64,000 nt of DNA from Octopus vulgaris (GCA_951406725.2 OX597825.1:35712001-35776000), one strand, 5' to 3'; positions 26,689 through 40,714 are shown, numbered from the stretch's first letter. Translations and numbers: made by a program. Notes: generated by a model not told the origin, from the letters alone.

Positions 26689-27126
26689 AAGTGTGTATAA
26701 TTATGAACAAATCACAGTTATATCGGAGAGGGTTTCAGAAACCCTAACATGTCTAGAAATAGCAGTCAAAACCTCTATAAAGCCACTATAACCACTCATT
26801 TTTTATCTGTTCACAATAGAGCAGTCGGCGGGCGACATGACATAAGATTCAAAACTTTACATTTGTATCTACAGGAATGCTCTCCTGAAGAGAAGAGCGG
26901 AACCGTTTTTGGTTCCTAACTTCGAAACTGCAATAAAGAATTAACCTTTTGTTCAAGTTTTGAATTTTATGTCATGTCGCCCGCCGACTGCTTTATTGTG
27001 AAGAGATAAAATATGAGTGGTTATAGTGGCATTATAGAGGTTTTGACTGCTATTTCTAGACATGTTAGGGTTTCTGAAACTCTCTCTGTTATAATTGTAA
27101 TTTGTTCATAATTATACACACTTCCT
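26686..27126. repeat. About 170-bp inverted repeat enclosing a hammerhead motif
   Basis: Arms 26686-26857 and 26955-27126; spacer CTGAAGA-GAAG..GGAACC-gttttt-GGTTCC..CTTC-GAAA-CTGCAA-TA (26885-26935); abuts (TA)n. Confidence 0.85.
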
Positions 27127-27528
27127 TTATGAAATGTTTGATTGTATGTTTTGGCCATTGATATAATCGTAAATAATTATGAATTGTTAATGATATATCC
27201 TTCGTAATGTATTTTTACATCCCGCTTATGTATGTATGTATGTATGTATGTATGTATGTATGTATGTATGTATGTATGTATGTATGTATGTATGTATGTA
27301 TGTATGTATGTATGTATGTATGTATGTATGTATGTGTGAGTGTGTGTGTGTATGTATGTATGTATGCATACATGCATGTATGTATGTATGTATGTATGTA
27401 TGTGTGTGTATGTGTGTACGTATTCACAGACACACGTGCATATACATCCATCCATCTATCCATACATACATACATACATCCATACATACATACATACATA
27501 CATACATACATACATACATGCATACATA

Positions 27529-27559
<31 letters not shown>

Positions 27560-27562
27560 CAT

Positions 27563-27608
<46 letters not shown>

Positions 27609-28120
27609 TCCTTCGCACACACACATATAAGTTTTAAATTTTCACAGAGAACCTGTCTGAAACACGGAATGTAACACTCGATACTTGCAAAATACAAAAT
27701 GAAAAATAAGAAATTACAATACGAAGTAAGACAAAGCAAAATAAACAGTTATAGGCGCATGACACTTCCTTGTACAAACTAGCGAAGGATCCACCTGAAA
27801 GAAAGAACATACATGTCAATAGCTCCTCATCAAACGAAATGGTCAGATACAGCAAAATACTTCTACGAAGGAACAAAGCTACAGATCTTTTTGTACTGAC
27901 TCCCGTAGAAGGCTGACCGAAGTCTTGATAAACAAAGGTATACATCGTTCCTCGTTTAATACGGGAGTTAGATCATAAAAAAAGAAAATCAGTGATAACT
28001 GAATCATCATGGTCTTCATAAATGGAACGAATGGGAGATTCATTGACCTCGGATTCATGGGCCACAGCAGTGACGCTTCCACAGTTACGTATTTCTGTTT
28101 CACAACCACCGGAACGCGTT

Positions 28121-28420
28121 GAGGCACATGGACTAGTGGTGAGAGCAGCGGCTTCGTGGTCGAGGGATTGCGGGTTCGAATCTCAGACCGGGCGATGTGT
28201 GTGTTTATGAGCGAAACACTTAAGCTCCACGCGGCTCTGGCAGAAGGTAATGGCGATCTTCTGCTGACTCTTTCACCACAACTTTCTCTCACTCTTCCCT
28301 CCTGCATCTTGCGGCTCACCTGGAACGGACCGGTGTCCCGTCCAGGTGGGGAACCTATACGCCAAAAAAACGGGAAACCGGCCCTTATGAGCCAGGCATA
28401 GCTCGAGAAGGAACAAACAA
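28121..28420 (+). mobile_element. tRNA-derived SINE (family C variant)
   Basis: gaggcacatggactagtggtgagagcagcgg...gggttcgaatctc head; shares ctttcaccacaactttctctcactctt with the 20129 copy. Confidence 0.8.
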
Positions 28421-29714
28421 CAATAAACCATCGGAATGCGAAGCGCTCCTCGTGAACACATGTTCGTGAATGGTTGAGATCTATAAACAGTTTTGAGTAG
28501 GAACCGGAAAAAGAATGCACATGCATTGCACATGCGCACGCTGAGTTCGTAAAACGGAAGCGAAGAATAAAAACGCAAAGCCAAAATATAACAGAAGAGA
28601 GAAATAAAACAAGTTATATGATGGTTTGCATGTCACATCTGATACCACTATTACGCAGCTTTGCTTCAATTTTCTTATTGATCATCTCTACCTTTTATTT
28701 GAAAAAAATAGACTCGTCTGCGTCGTATTTTTTTGTCCACTTGTAGATGATTCGAATTCGTAAATGCATATAAAAAATATGCAGTCTAGCCGCAAGATCA
28801 TGTAAATACAAGCGATAGTCAGTATATTCTGGATAACTGAGCATTATGGGTTGTCACTTGGGCACCGTTTTTGCGGTACAAGCAGAATCGCTGACTGATC
28901 GCCGACCAACAGATCAATCCATGATGAACGTAACATGGTTCACAATTGAGCATACCATGTTGTTACATAACAATAGTGGATGAATCAGAGATGAACAGGG
29001 CTATATTGCACCAACACACATCTCTATACTACACAGGGTGTACAAGCATCCTCGACAATCACTCAGATTTTATTAAACATCCAAACTGGAAAACATCATG
29101 TATACAGCCACTGGCTGCATGACAAGGGTGTAAAATTGTAGAAATAAACGTATGTGATCTTAGATCAAACATGAGTGAAATTATTACCACTTACAGCAGG
29201 AGTTTCCGGTTTGGTATACTTAAGGGGTGAAAGGTGGCATTTCTCTGGGTGCGACAAACAGTGATAACATTTCAGTGGGTACGGCAAAGACTTTATTAAA
29301 ATCGCTTTTCAGAATAAAATTACTAAATTATTCATAAAAATAGTTTTGTGATAATGAACAAGAACTTTATTATTCCACAGTACTGTGTGTCGTTCGAGTT
29401 AATTTGTTTTTCTTTTTTTTTTGTTATTTTTTATATATATATCTTTTTTACTTTTTTATATATTTGTTTTTATATCTTTTGTGCTTTTTTATATACTCGT
29501 TTCCGGCATTAGACTGCGGCCATGTTGGGGAAACCACTTTAAAGACTTTTTAATTGAATGAATCGACCCCAGTACATTTTTCTTTCTTTAAAGCCTGATA
29601 CTTATTCAATCGGTCTCTTTTGCCGAACCGATAATTTATGAGAACATAAACACACCAACACCGGTTTCTAACGCTGATAGGAGACAAACACAGACACAAT
29701 GACACAGCCCTCTG

Positions 29715-29800
29715 TATCTGTCTTGGCGTTCACATCTCTTGCAAACTGACCGTACAATTTTTCCTTCCATGCTTCTTTTATTTTTGATTTTTTCTTGTTG
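29715..29800 (-). pseudogene. Small R4/Dong-like retrotransposon fragment
   Basis: KIKEAWKEKLYGQFARDV matches the W..K.LHGQF.R motif; adjacent to a (CAA)n tract. Confidence 0.5.
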
Positions 29801-29847
29801 TTGTTGTTGTTTTTGTTGTTGTTGCTGCTGCTGCTGTTGTTGTTTTG

Positions 29848-30250
29848 ACGGCAAGCTAGCAGAATCGTTAGCACGCTGGACGAAATGATTAGCGGTTTTC
29901 GTCTGCCGTTACGTTGTGAGTTCAGATTCCGCTGAGGTTGACTTTGCCTTTCATCCCTTCGGGGCCGATAAATCAAGTACCAGTTACGCACTGGGGTCGA
30001 TATAATCGACTTAATCCGTTTGTCTGTCCTTGTTTGTCCCCTCTGTGTGTAGCCCCTTGTGGACAGTAAAAAAATAGGTATTTCGCCCGTCGCTACGCTC
30101 CGAATTCAAATTCCGCTGAGGTCGTCTTTGCCTTTCATACTTAATTCATCGATGAATTAAGTACCAGTTGCGTACTGGAGTCGATGTGATCGACTTTCTC
30201 CCCCCCACACACACACACAGAATCCAGGCTTTGCGCTTATAGTAAAAGAG
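29848..30250 (+). mobile_element. SINE family A, dimeric form
   Basis: Same duplicated core and linker (cgtttgtctgtccttgtttgtcccctctgtgt..agcccctt) as 3635-4030 and 33975-34375. Confidence 0.85.
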
Positions 30251-30271
30251 ATTATTATTATTATTATTATG

Positions 30272-30306
<35 letters not shown>

Positions 30307-30741
30307 GGCAGCGATCTGACAGAATACTTAACACTCCAGACAAAATACTTAACGACATTTTTCCGGCTTTACATTCTGTTCAAATTCCGGCGGGGTTAGC
30401 TTTCCCTTTCACCCTTTCAAAGTCAATAAAATAAGTACCAGTTGAGCACTGGGGTCGATGTAATCGATTAGTTCCTTCCCCCAAAATTCCAGGCCTTGTG
30501 CCTATCGTGAAAAAATAATTATTTTTGCTGCTGCTGCTGCTGTTGTTGTTGTTGTTGTTGTTGTTGTTGATTATAACGCCTTCGAAGACAGAATCGTTAG
30601 GGTTTAACTGTTTTCCCCTTTCTTCACTACAATCTAATGTGTAACTTTTGGCCTATAGTAGGTATCAGGCACTGACTATTATATGGTTTTGAAAGCAGTG
30701 AATGACGGAATTCATACAGCCTCGGGTCAAATAACTTATGA

Positions 30742-31339
30742 CAGGGGTCCCTCACGACCAGCAGTGGTTCATTTGGTTTCGAGCCTCTCGGAAAGAATGT
30801 TTGCTTTACTTGCTTCATGCTCTTGTTTAGTGTGGTTGGGGGTCATCTCAGGTTAGTGGTTATCATGCGCAGAGCCGACCAGGTCCACCAGTGTCCTTCA
30901 TTGCTGGCAGTCTCGTGCCAGCCCCTCCGCATCTTCCAAGGTAACGTCGAGCGTCTGAAGAGCTTCCACAATCACATTCAGCTATCTCGTGCGGGGCCGG
31001 CCACGAGGCTTGCTCCAGCCCGCGGCTGTTGCATCGAATGAGAGTAGGATGATCTAGGGTGCAAAAATGAAAAAACACTCTCCAGACTGCAATGGACAAT
31101 AAAAGAGAAATAAAATATTTTAAATCTTATTTTTATTTCATTGACCATTGCAGCCTGCAGGGTCTTTTTTTTTTTCCATCATATGTATTATGTGTGTTAT
31201 ATATATGTATTTTATATGTAATAATTATATCACGTTATGTTGTTTACTGTGTTTTGTTATGCGCGTGATACCACGGTCCGCAGAAAAGTTATCTTGTATG
31301 AAACTGGTTCATAATGCAAATAAGGTCGGGTACCAGTGG
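30742..31339 (+). mobile_element. hAT/Charlie-type MITE interrupted by an RTE fragment
   Basis: 5' caggggtccc; 3' cggtccgcagaaaagttatcttgtatgaaactggttc...aaggtcgggtaccagtg resembles Charlie/MER1-type ends. Confidence 0.55.
30862..31050 (-). pseudogene. RTE-clade LINE 3' end fragment
   Basis: Minus strand WSKPRGRPRTR*LNVIVEALQTLDVTLEDAEGLARDCQQ*RTLV matches the RTE C-terminal RPRGRP..RW...A.DR..WR motif. Confidence 0.7.
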
Positions 31340-31722
31340 CTTTACAGTATTTAGGGTCTTCTCTTGTAAGAAATAATTATTAATACTACCTTCCTTTGTT
31401 TCTTTTTCTTGCTGGCAACACCTCTGCAATACCAGTTGAGTGTCTCAAGTCTAAAGGAGTGGACAGGCATTTTTTGGTTTATTTTTCTAATGCACCTAGT
31501 TTCGTTTCGTTTTATTTAATTCGTTTTCATCTGCTTTTGCTTTTATTTTGTGTTGTTTTATTTTTCCTTTTGAAAACGAAAACAACCTGATGATGGTTTG
31601 TGAAGGAAATATGACACGTTATTACGCAGTAGAGTCTTTCCTGGGGCCCTTTTGTGTTGAACTTTTGTCAACACTTCCCAGTCATATGACAAAGAAAGAA
31701 CTGAAAAATTCGAGCAAATAAG

Positions 31723-31759
<37 letters not shown>

Positions 31760-31871
31760 AGCTCTCCTTCTCTCTCCTATATGTATATGAGTGTATGTTT
31801 GTGTGTATGTAATATATATGTATGTTTATTTACATACATATATATACATATATCTATACACACATGTATAC

Positions 31872-31948
<77 letters not shown>

Positions 31949-31951
<3 letters not shown>

Positions 31952-33153
31952 TGTACGGACGGTGTTTGAGGACAGATTTATGGTTTTAAAAAATGCTTAT
32001 ATGATTACAGAAAAAAGCTTAATTTTTATAAAAATAACATAAAGTTAAATTATCAGTTTAATAATTCCATTCAATAAAACCATCATAAGCATCAATAAAT
32101 GACTCTTCGCGGAGTCGATATCGTTTACAAGCTCGGATTAAGTGATCCTTATTCATATCGGACATGACTCGAACTATGGCAGCTTTCAAAGAATCTTTGG
32201 TACAATGGGGGGGGGTGTTGACAATTTGCTCATCGATGCTCCATACATAGTAGGCTAATGGATTGGGATCTAGAGAATTAGGAGGTCAAATGCTGGGGGT
32301 GATGTGATCATGCAAATTACCGGCCATCAATTCTTGTATCATTTGAGCATTGTGTGATGGTGCAGAATCTTGTTGAAAGACGTAAGGCTTTCCATTACAT
32401 ACACTGTTGATCCAAGGCTTAACAACTTTATCCAGAACCTCAATATACGCAGCAGCATTCACCATAAGGCCTTGTGGAAAAAACGAGGAGGCATCACATG
32501 TCCTTCATTGCCAACAACACCCAAAACTATGACACTTGCAGGAAATTTTGTGTGCGCTACTCTTGGAACTTCAGAAGTGTCTGCACATAACTATCTGTCA
32601 TTTCTTCTGTTAGTTTTCTGGTCCTGGTCAAGATTTTTCTCATCTGAGAAACCTAAATGAACCATCTTCTGGTGGATTTGTAAGTTTGTTCAAAAGTCTT
32701 TTGGATCTGATTAAACGGTTTTTTTTTTATCTAACATGAATTGACCTCTCCTCGTCATGTAAGATTTGTTTCCGATGTCTCCATGCACAACATTTCTGGT
32801 TGTTTTTTCAGACACGAATTCTTTTGCAATTGGCCTCATTGATTTTCTTGGATTGTTTTCAATGTTTTACTTAACTTCCTGAATAAATTCAGGTGTCCTG
32901 ATAGAATAAGAGCGTTTGGAATGTTTCTTACGTTTTGATAGACGTGCTTCCATTTTGTTTCTCTAACTCAAACTGAATCTTGTGATCTTGCAAATTTCAG
33001 AGAACGAGAAATTTCTAAATCACCATGCTTAAACTTCAAAGCCACAATCACAGCATGACTTTTCATTTCATTAGAAAGAACAGGGCTCGTCATTGATATT
33101 TTCTGAAACAAAATAAAATAATGACTAAAAACACGTGACCTCAAATACCGTCC

Positions 33154-33161
<8 letters not shown>
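31949..33161 (-). mobile_element. Degenerate Tc1/mariner-superfamily transposon (DD37D/maT-like) in a TA tract
   Basis: TIRs cagtgtacggacggtgtttgagg / cctcaaataccgtccgcattctg with TA both sides; minus strand FQQDSAPSH and PPNSLDPNPLAYYVW. Confidence 0.88.
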
Positions 33162-33210
<49 letters not shown>

Positions 33211-33767
33211 ATATAAGCATACTTGTGTGTATGTATGTGAATAATATATTTATTTATTCATAACACACCACTTGCATTAGGAATCTAAGTTTGAAATAAT
33301 TAAACTGCAGCTAAACCTTAATGTGAAACTTCAAACAGATGTAAGTACACCTTATTATTCTCTTGGTCGAGGGAGTTGAGGAATAGGCTAAGTACGGGAA
33401 TGCATAATGCCTTTGCCTTATTTACTTACTTTTACTTGAGTTTTTAGTTTAAATACCACCAAGGATAAGGGTCTATACGCCACCTGTCATTATTACGGGT
33501 TTGGGAAGGCGGTGCATTAGCAGAATCATTTAACACCTCGAGCAAAATACTTAACGGTATTTATTCCGGCTTTACGTTCTGAGTTCAAGTCCCGCCGGGG
33601 TCAACTTTGCTTTTCATCCTTTCCGGAGCACTGGTGTCGTTGTAAACGTCTTCCCACTTCCAAAATATCAAGCCTTGTACCTGTTGTAAAAAGGATTATT
33701 ACATGACTTGTGGGGGAAATAATAGAATAAAGTGAGAACAGAGTTGCGAGGAAGATGAGAGTAATGA

Positions 33768-33814
33768 GAGAGTGAGTAAGTGAGGAAATTCAGGGAAGAG
33801 GGAGAAGGATGAGA

Positions 33815-33862
<48 letters not shown>

Positions 33863-34524
33863 GCCCTACTCAATAAATTCTATGAAAAGAGGATGAATGC
33901 AACGAATATGGTGGTTGTGCATGGCCCTCATTTGTGCATATACAGGCCTTAATAATAATGATAATAATAATAATCCTTTCTTCTATAGAAACAAGGTCTT
34001 AAATCTTGGGGGAGAGGACTAGTCAACTACCTCGACCCCATTGTTTCACTGGTACTTAATTTATACCCCTCCCCACCGGAAAGGATGAAAGACAAAGTCA
34101 ACTTCGGCGGAATTTGAACTCAACATAGCGACGAGTGAAATACCTATTTCTTTACTACCCACAAGGGGCTAAACACAGAGGGGACAAACAAGGACAGACA
34201 AACGGATTAAGCCGATTACATCGACCCCAGTGCGTAACTGGTACTTAATTTATCGACCCCGAAAGGACGAAAGGCAAAGTCGACCTCGGCGGAATTTGAA
34301 CTCTGAACGTAACGGCAGACGAAATACCTTTAAGCATTTCGCCCGGCGGGTTAACGTTTCTGCCCGCTCGCCGCCAGTATGAGGGCCGTTCACAACCACC
34401 ATATCGCTGCATTGATCCCTTTTTCATAAAATTTATTTGGTAGGGCAGCAATCTCTCTCTCTCTCTTACTCCTCTCATCCTTCTCTCTCTTCCCTGACAC
34501 TCATTCACTCATTCGCTCACTCTC
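33768..34524. repeat. Inverted duplication flanking a dimeric family A SINE (33975-34375, -)
   Basis: 33768-33931 is the diverged reverse complement of 34379-34524. Confidence 0.8.
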
Positions 34525-35087
34525 GATAGAATTTTGTTGATATTAGCACCCCGAACGAAATACCGCTAAGCATGTCTTTATGTCCTGAGCTCAAATTCCA
34601 CCAGACACATTGTTTAAGTCATCTAAAGTGCATTAGGACTGAACAAAAAAAAAAATATATATATATATAATAAATAAACGGAAAGGTCTGTTTGTAGTTT
34701 CTGTAATTGTAGGTCAGCTCGACCCAAGTCGAACCGACTTGATACTCAACAACAGCAGCATCAACAACAATAACCAATATCAACTTTCTGAGCAAATACT
34801 GAAAAAGAAATTTAAAAACAAGATGAACGTACGTCGATCTTCCGTAACAAAAAAAAACGTCATCACGATCAATATAGCACTAACTTTCAATCCTTAACTC
34901 TTTTACGACAACTGATCTCAATGAATAAACAATGCTATGTGTGTTCATTTGAGATTGTCTAGCATCTCTCTCTCTCTCTCTCACACTCTCTCTCTCTCTC
35001 TTTCTATCTCTGTCTTCCTTTCTTTCTCTCTCCCTTACTCTCACTATCAATCAGTCAATCTGTCTGTCTGTCTGTATGCATGTATGC

Positions 35088-35118
<31 letters not shown>

Positions 35119-35147
35119 TGTATGTATGTATGTATGTATAATGTATG

Positions 35148-35194
<47 letters not shown>

Positions 35195-35764
35195 ATATAT
35201 ATATATGTGTGTATATATATATATATACACACACACACATATATACACATATGTATTTGTATGTTTGTGTATGTGTGTGTGTGTACATATACATACATTG
35301 GTACATACATAAGCAATACACACATTCTCGCAAACATATATGCACATATATGCACGATGTGTTGGTCTGCTCGAGTGCATTACTAGTCACATGTAACCCA
35401 AAACAACTTATTGCATGATCAGATCGTCACCGACTAAACTGGTGTCTCTCTGGGGATGGCCTTGTAATGAGGGCCGCTAGTAAAACCAACAAGACAAAAA
35501 CCATATCAACCAAAAGGACGGACGGATCAAGTCTAAGGTCACTACATATACATACAAACATACATACATACATACATACATACATACATACATACATACA
35601 TACATACATACATACATACATAATACATACATACATACATACATACATGCATACATACATACATGCAAGCATACATTCATACATGCATGCATGTATCTGT
35701 CGCTAATATATGTGTGTGAATTTATATGTATATGCATGTATTTATGTGTGTATAAATATATATA

Positions 35765-37065
35765 CAGAGTGGGGCAGAGAGGACGGACGTTTTTGAAATG
35801 GCTATTACTCAGTCCCGGGCGAGAGACATATGTTTGGCAGGTACCATTCGGTCCGTGGTGTCTTAGCTTTTGTTTTTTGTTTTTCATTTCAGATTTTCAG
35901 ATTAAGTCATGGCGCTGTGGACAGTTACGTGAAGAATAACGAGTCTGTCACAGCAGTTCAGTGTGAGTTTCGGCACCACTTCAACATTCACTGAAATCAG
36001 GCTATTCCCACCAGTAACACAATCTTACTTTGGGTTAATGTACATCGTACGCGAGACGCACTAATGAATAGGATAACTGGTGGGGGCGCCACGAACGGTA
36101 TAGACCCTGGAAAATATGGAATGCGTCAGACAGGCTTTGGTATGGAATCCGAATCGCTCTGCTCGGAGGCATTTCACTGAATCTGTTATCGGTAATCGAT
36201 TGGTGAGACACATGAGGCATTTCCACCCATACAAATTGGATAACAGTTGAAACCATGGGACTATGCACAGAGGCTTAACTTTGCACGTCAGATGGAAGCA
36301 ATTTTTGAGGCAAATGACGACCTGATTTTGTTAACGAATGGTGAAGCTCATTTTCATCTCAATGCATGGTGAATCAACATAACTGTCGTTATTAAGCTCT
36401 TGAACATTCGAGAGAACTGCACGGACAGCCCAAAAGTGACGGTCTGGTGTGCTGTTGGGAAGCTGCCGTCGTTGGTCCTTACTTTTTTGAAGACAATAAT
36501 GGAAATGCTGTTACTGTGAACTCCGAGCGTTACATCGAGATGATAAACATTTTGTTTCTGCTTGAATTACGACGAAAACGTATGCCTATTCGACGTGTGT
36601 GTGGTTTTAGCAGGGTGGGATGAAGGACCACACAACCAGAGCATCAATGGACTTCTTCGCCCTCTTTTCGGTGACCACCTCATTCCCAGGTTTGCTGACA
36701 ATATTTTCACCCCACCCACGGCCACCTGATTTGTCCATGTGTGATTATTTCTTATGGAAAAACCTCAAAGCACGTGTGTATGCACATAAGCCCCGTACAT
36801 TGGACGATTTGAAGGAAGCTATTTGCGTGGAAGTCTCCAAAATCGACAGAGCAATGCTGGAGAAAATGGATACCAGCTTCCAAGAACGCCTTCAGAAATG
36901 CATCAATGAAAACGGACACCACATGATGGATGTTGTTTTCTACACTTAATTTTGACAAATGCTAATTCAATACGAACACATTGATGTCAATAAAATTTGT
37001 TTCCACCTAAAATTAATGACTTTGTGAAATTTTTCAAAAACGTCCGTCCTCTCTGCTCCACCCTG
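35765..37065 (+). mobile_element. Full-length degenerate Tc1/mariner-superfamily transposon (DD41D/rosa-like)
   Basis: TIRs cagagtggggcagagaggacggacgtttttgaaa / tttcaaaaacgtccgtcctctctgctccaccctg with TA TSD; GEAHFHL, PKVTVWCA, GPYFFE, PRPPDLSMCDYFLWKNLKARVY, ENGHH motifs. Confidence 0.92.
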
Positions 37066-37069
37066 TATG

Positions 37070-37150
<81 letters not shown>

Positions 37151-37349
37151 GAAATATGTTACAAAAAGAAAATAGAAATTACACGTGGTAATGTAAGAGG
37201 AAAGTAAGAAAAATAAACGAAAATGCACATTGTAAATCAAAAAAAGTAAAGGCTTTTTATGAAAAGTAATGATAGATATATACAATCAGATGAACTGAGG
37301 TAGGAATAAAAGTAATAAAAGTCATTATTTTGAATTGTTAAAGAGATTC

Positions 37350-37385
37350 AAGCATACCGGTTTCGTAAGTTACTAATCATTGCTT
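37350..37385 (-). ncRNA. Minimal type-I hammerhead motif, A3-U8 core variant (second family)
   Basis: Minus strand AAGCA-ATGATTA-GTA-ACT-TAC-GAAA-CCGG-TA-TGCTT: 5-bp helix I, 3-bp helix II, CCGG palindrome, GUA site; in an insert (about 37150-37420) flanked by TA tracts. Confidence 0.72.
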
Positions 37386-38689
37386 TGAATACAACTATTC
37401 ATTGCTTTGAATGCACACCGATTATATATATATATATCTATATATATATCCTCCCATTCTCTCTCTCCCTCTTTGTCTCTGTCTCTGTCTCTCTCTCACT
37501 AATGCACACATGTAGGAGAATATTTCAATTACTGTGGGCAATGTGTATCATAAGATTATCGCAGTACTCAAGTACATAAATACATGTAAAATGAAAATAC
37601 ATTACGGAAAAACAGTGTTCAAAGATCAATATATATAAAAAAGAAGGAAACGAACTGAACGCAGTTTGAAGTTTGCAGACGAAAAAAAAATAATAATAAT
37701 CAAATATTTTTAGTGTCATATTTTAAATATTGTAAAAATGTTATTTCGATTTTCCTTTCTTGTGTTTGGTGAACGATCTTAAAGCAGCGCTGTGCATTGC
37801 TTGCATTGCTCTCACCGCAATCTCCATCCATTTTCGTATGCTTTTCATATTCAAAGGTTCTTTGAGAATTCTTTCATTTGTATCTCAGCTTTAGCTGTTA
37901 TTTCTTGGCAATCATCCTCGCAATGCGCAGTTGCAGCTCTAACTTTAAAATGTTTTCATCATGCGACTCAAGCACGATTCCCTGACATTACCGTCGTCTA
38001 CTCTAGAAGCTTTCCTGTTTAAACAAGTTAAATGATCTCTAGTACAAACTATGTTACTTCAAGTTGCAATTTTTCTTTAATCATTTAATAATATTTTAGC
38101 TGGCATTCATTTTCGAGAACATTCTGTTTCGTTAGCAATGATAATTTATTCATCAACATAACTACTATTTTCTCTACAACATCAGTAACTTCTTGTAAAT
38201 TTTCTTTTTTCATTAAATAAATTTTAGTAGGCGTTCGTTATCAGAACAATTCTATTTCGTCACCATTTATGATTTATTCATCAACGTAACTACTATCTTC
38301 AATACTTTGTAAACTGTCGTGATATCTATCTGTTGAGCTGTCATTTCTACTTATATTTTCCCCACAACCTTGATGCTAAAGTACTAGAGAGAATTTTTTA
38401 AACCTGTTGACTTACACCTGTTTTTTTTTTGTGTTTTGGGGTTTTTTCTTTTGACTGCGACGAATTGTTAAACGTGTCGTATACTATATAATATTTCAAC
38501 TTAAATTAGTATTTAAGTTTAGTAACTACCAACTACGCTGCGAATTGGCAGAACCGTAAGATATGATGGTTTAGACAGGGCCCTTCATCAAATGCAGAAA
38601 ACTACTTCATTAAGCTTAGTTATTTGTATATCATTTTTTTAAAAAAGCAAAAAGAATATAGAAGTCATCAGAGATACCAATTAAATCGC

Positions 38690-39400
38690 TGGTCAAAATT
38701 CATTACAGTGCTTGTTGAAATGCTTCGAGTTCACTTCCCACTCAACTGAACCGTTCAACCTTTTAGTGTTGCTTAACTGAAGTATCTGTCCATATAACAG
38801 ATTTGCTGAATTGTTAGTTCTTCGAGTATGAGGCTTTGCAGGATCTGTTCTGGCTATTTGCATTCTGAGTACTTAGAGGTAGACTTATGCTGTCGCCCGG
38901 TTTAACAGCTCAGCCTAGTTCTTAGATGCCCGGAGGGTCAGAATAATGACGGGTACGTTTATTTTTAGCATGGCCCTGCGCACTACTCCTGCAGTGAATG
39001 CTATTCAATACTGGATTTTGCCTCGAGGAAGAAATTTCTCCCAGCAGACTGTGTGAAAAATTACACGAAGCTCCATGTAGCGTCATCAGATTAACCAGAC
39101 ACTGTGTTTCGGCGTGATTTCACCCCATCAGTGATAGATATCATCTTTGTCATCTGGAGTTGTGTTCTTTTATAGAAAACATCAAAACATACATTTACTG
39201 GTGTGTACTGAAGCTTTTGAATTTAAATCTAAATGGCCACACAAAGCAACGAAACACTGTATGCGATAGTCGGCTGACGTCGTTTGGAGCTTGGCATGTC
39301 TTTAGAAATAAGTTCTATTGGGAGAAATGTGTTCTTTGTTCTTCAAGCCAAAATCCTGCTGTGAGTGCCATTCACGTTCTAGTGTGCAAGACCGGACTAA
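38690..39400 (-). pseudogene. Possible heavily degraded Gypsy-like reverse transcriptase
   Basis: Scattered motifs in the expected order (AGFW..., GH........DP, W...LEAFQQ) across broken frames; weak. Confidence 0.3.
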
Positions 39401-40259
39401 AAATAATGCGCACATCATTATTTTGATCCTCCATGCTTCCGTATGCTTATATTGAATAAATTATGCTGTAAAACATCTTGGTAAGTCTCAGCATTCACCA
39501 GCAAACTTCTATATTTATTTACTTATTTATTTATTTATTTAATTATTTGCAATATAGGAACAGAAGTTAGTGTCTAACCTCAAATGACCATTAAGGAGAC
39601 GAAATCACTCCGTAACACCGTGTCTGACAGTCCACTGGCGTTGCTTGGGGCTTAGTGTATACTTACATACAAACTTTACTGGGATATGTAAATTTGTGCA
39701 CCGAGACATATGGCAGTGAATACCATTCGCGTCGCACCCTAATGTGTAGGAACGTATTAAAGAATACGAGTACACATCATTACACACATTTCGCATGAAG
39801 TCAAGTTATATAATAACAGCAATTCGTTACAAGTTGATTGTCATGTTTGAATTGTACCCCGCCTTCAGCAAAAGTGACTTTTTTTGCAAACAAAGTTCAG
39901 AGGGCGGGTGGATATCGGGTTTCTGTTTGTTTGCTTTTGTGTGGGTTTGGGAATTTCAGTGCTTGTCGCCGTCGTCATCATTGTCCGCGCGTTACCTATG
40001 TTCTTGTAGTTGTTGTTCTCTTCGCTATTGTTGTTGTTGTTGTTGCTGTAACAGTTATCGTCGTCATCGTTGTCGGTGTCATCACGGTCGTTGCTGTTGT
40101 TATTACTGTTTACCTTTGTCTTTGTCATCATCGGTTTCGTAGTGATTGTTGCTGTTGTTGTTGTCGTTGTCATTGACACGTTCGTTGTAATTGTTGTTGT
40201 TGACGACGTTGTCAATACCACCGCCACCGCCTCTACTGCCACCACTACCAGAACTACCA

Positions 40260-40325
<66 letters not shown>

Positions 40326-40420
40326 ATATATAAAATTTAATAAGGGTAGAAATTGATATTAATCAATTAAAACCAGTGGCCTAGCATATTAAGAAAATCC
40401 GAAGATTAAAATATTTTTAC

Positions 40421-40614
40421 ATACAAAATTTAAAGGACTGACCACTAAAAGTGGACGGTCAACATGCTAGATATAGGCGTCAAATCGGTATTTTCCACAA
40501 AGAATATGTTCTCAAATATTGTATTTTAGAACATATTCTTTGTGGAAAATAGCGATTTGACGCCTATATCTAGCATGTTGACCGTCCTTTGTGTCAGTCC
40601 TTTAAATTTTGTAT
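40421..40614. repeat. Near-perfect hairpin insert (about 90-bp arms) between TA tracts
   Basis: Arms 40421-40512 and 40528-40614. Confidence 0.9.
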
Positions 40615-40615
40615 A

Positions 40616-40714
<99 letters not shown>

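Noticed and set aside
37690-38520. Possible transposase remnant on the minus strand
   Set aside because: No recognisable motif or termini could be established by eye.
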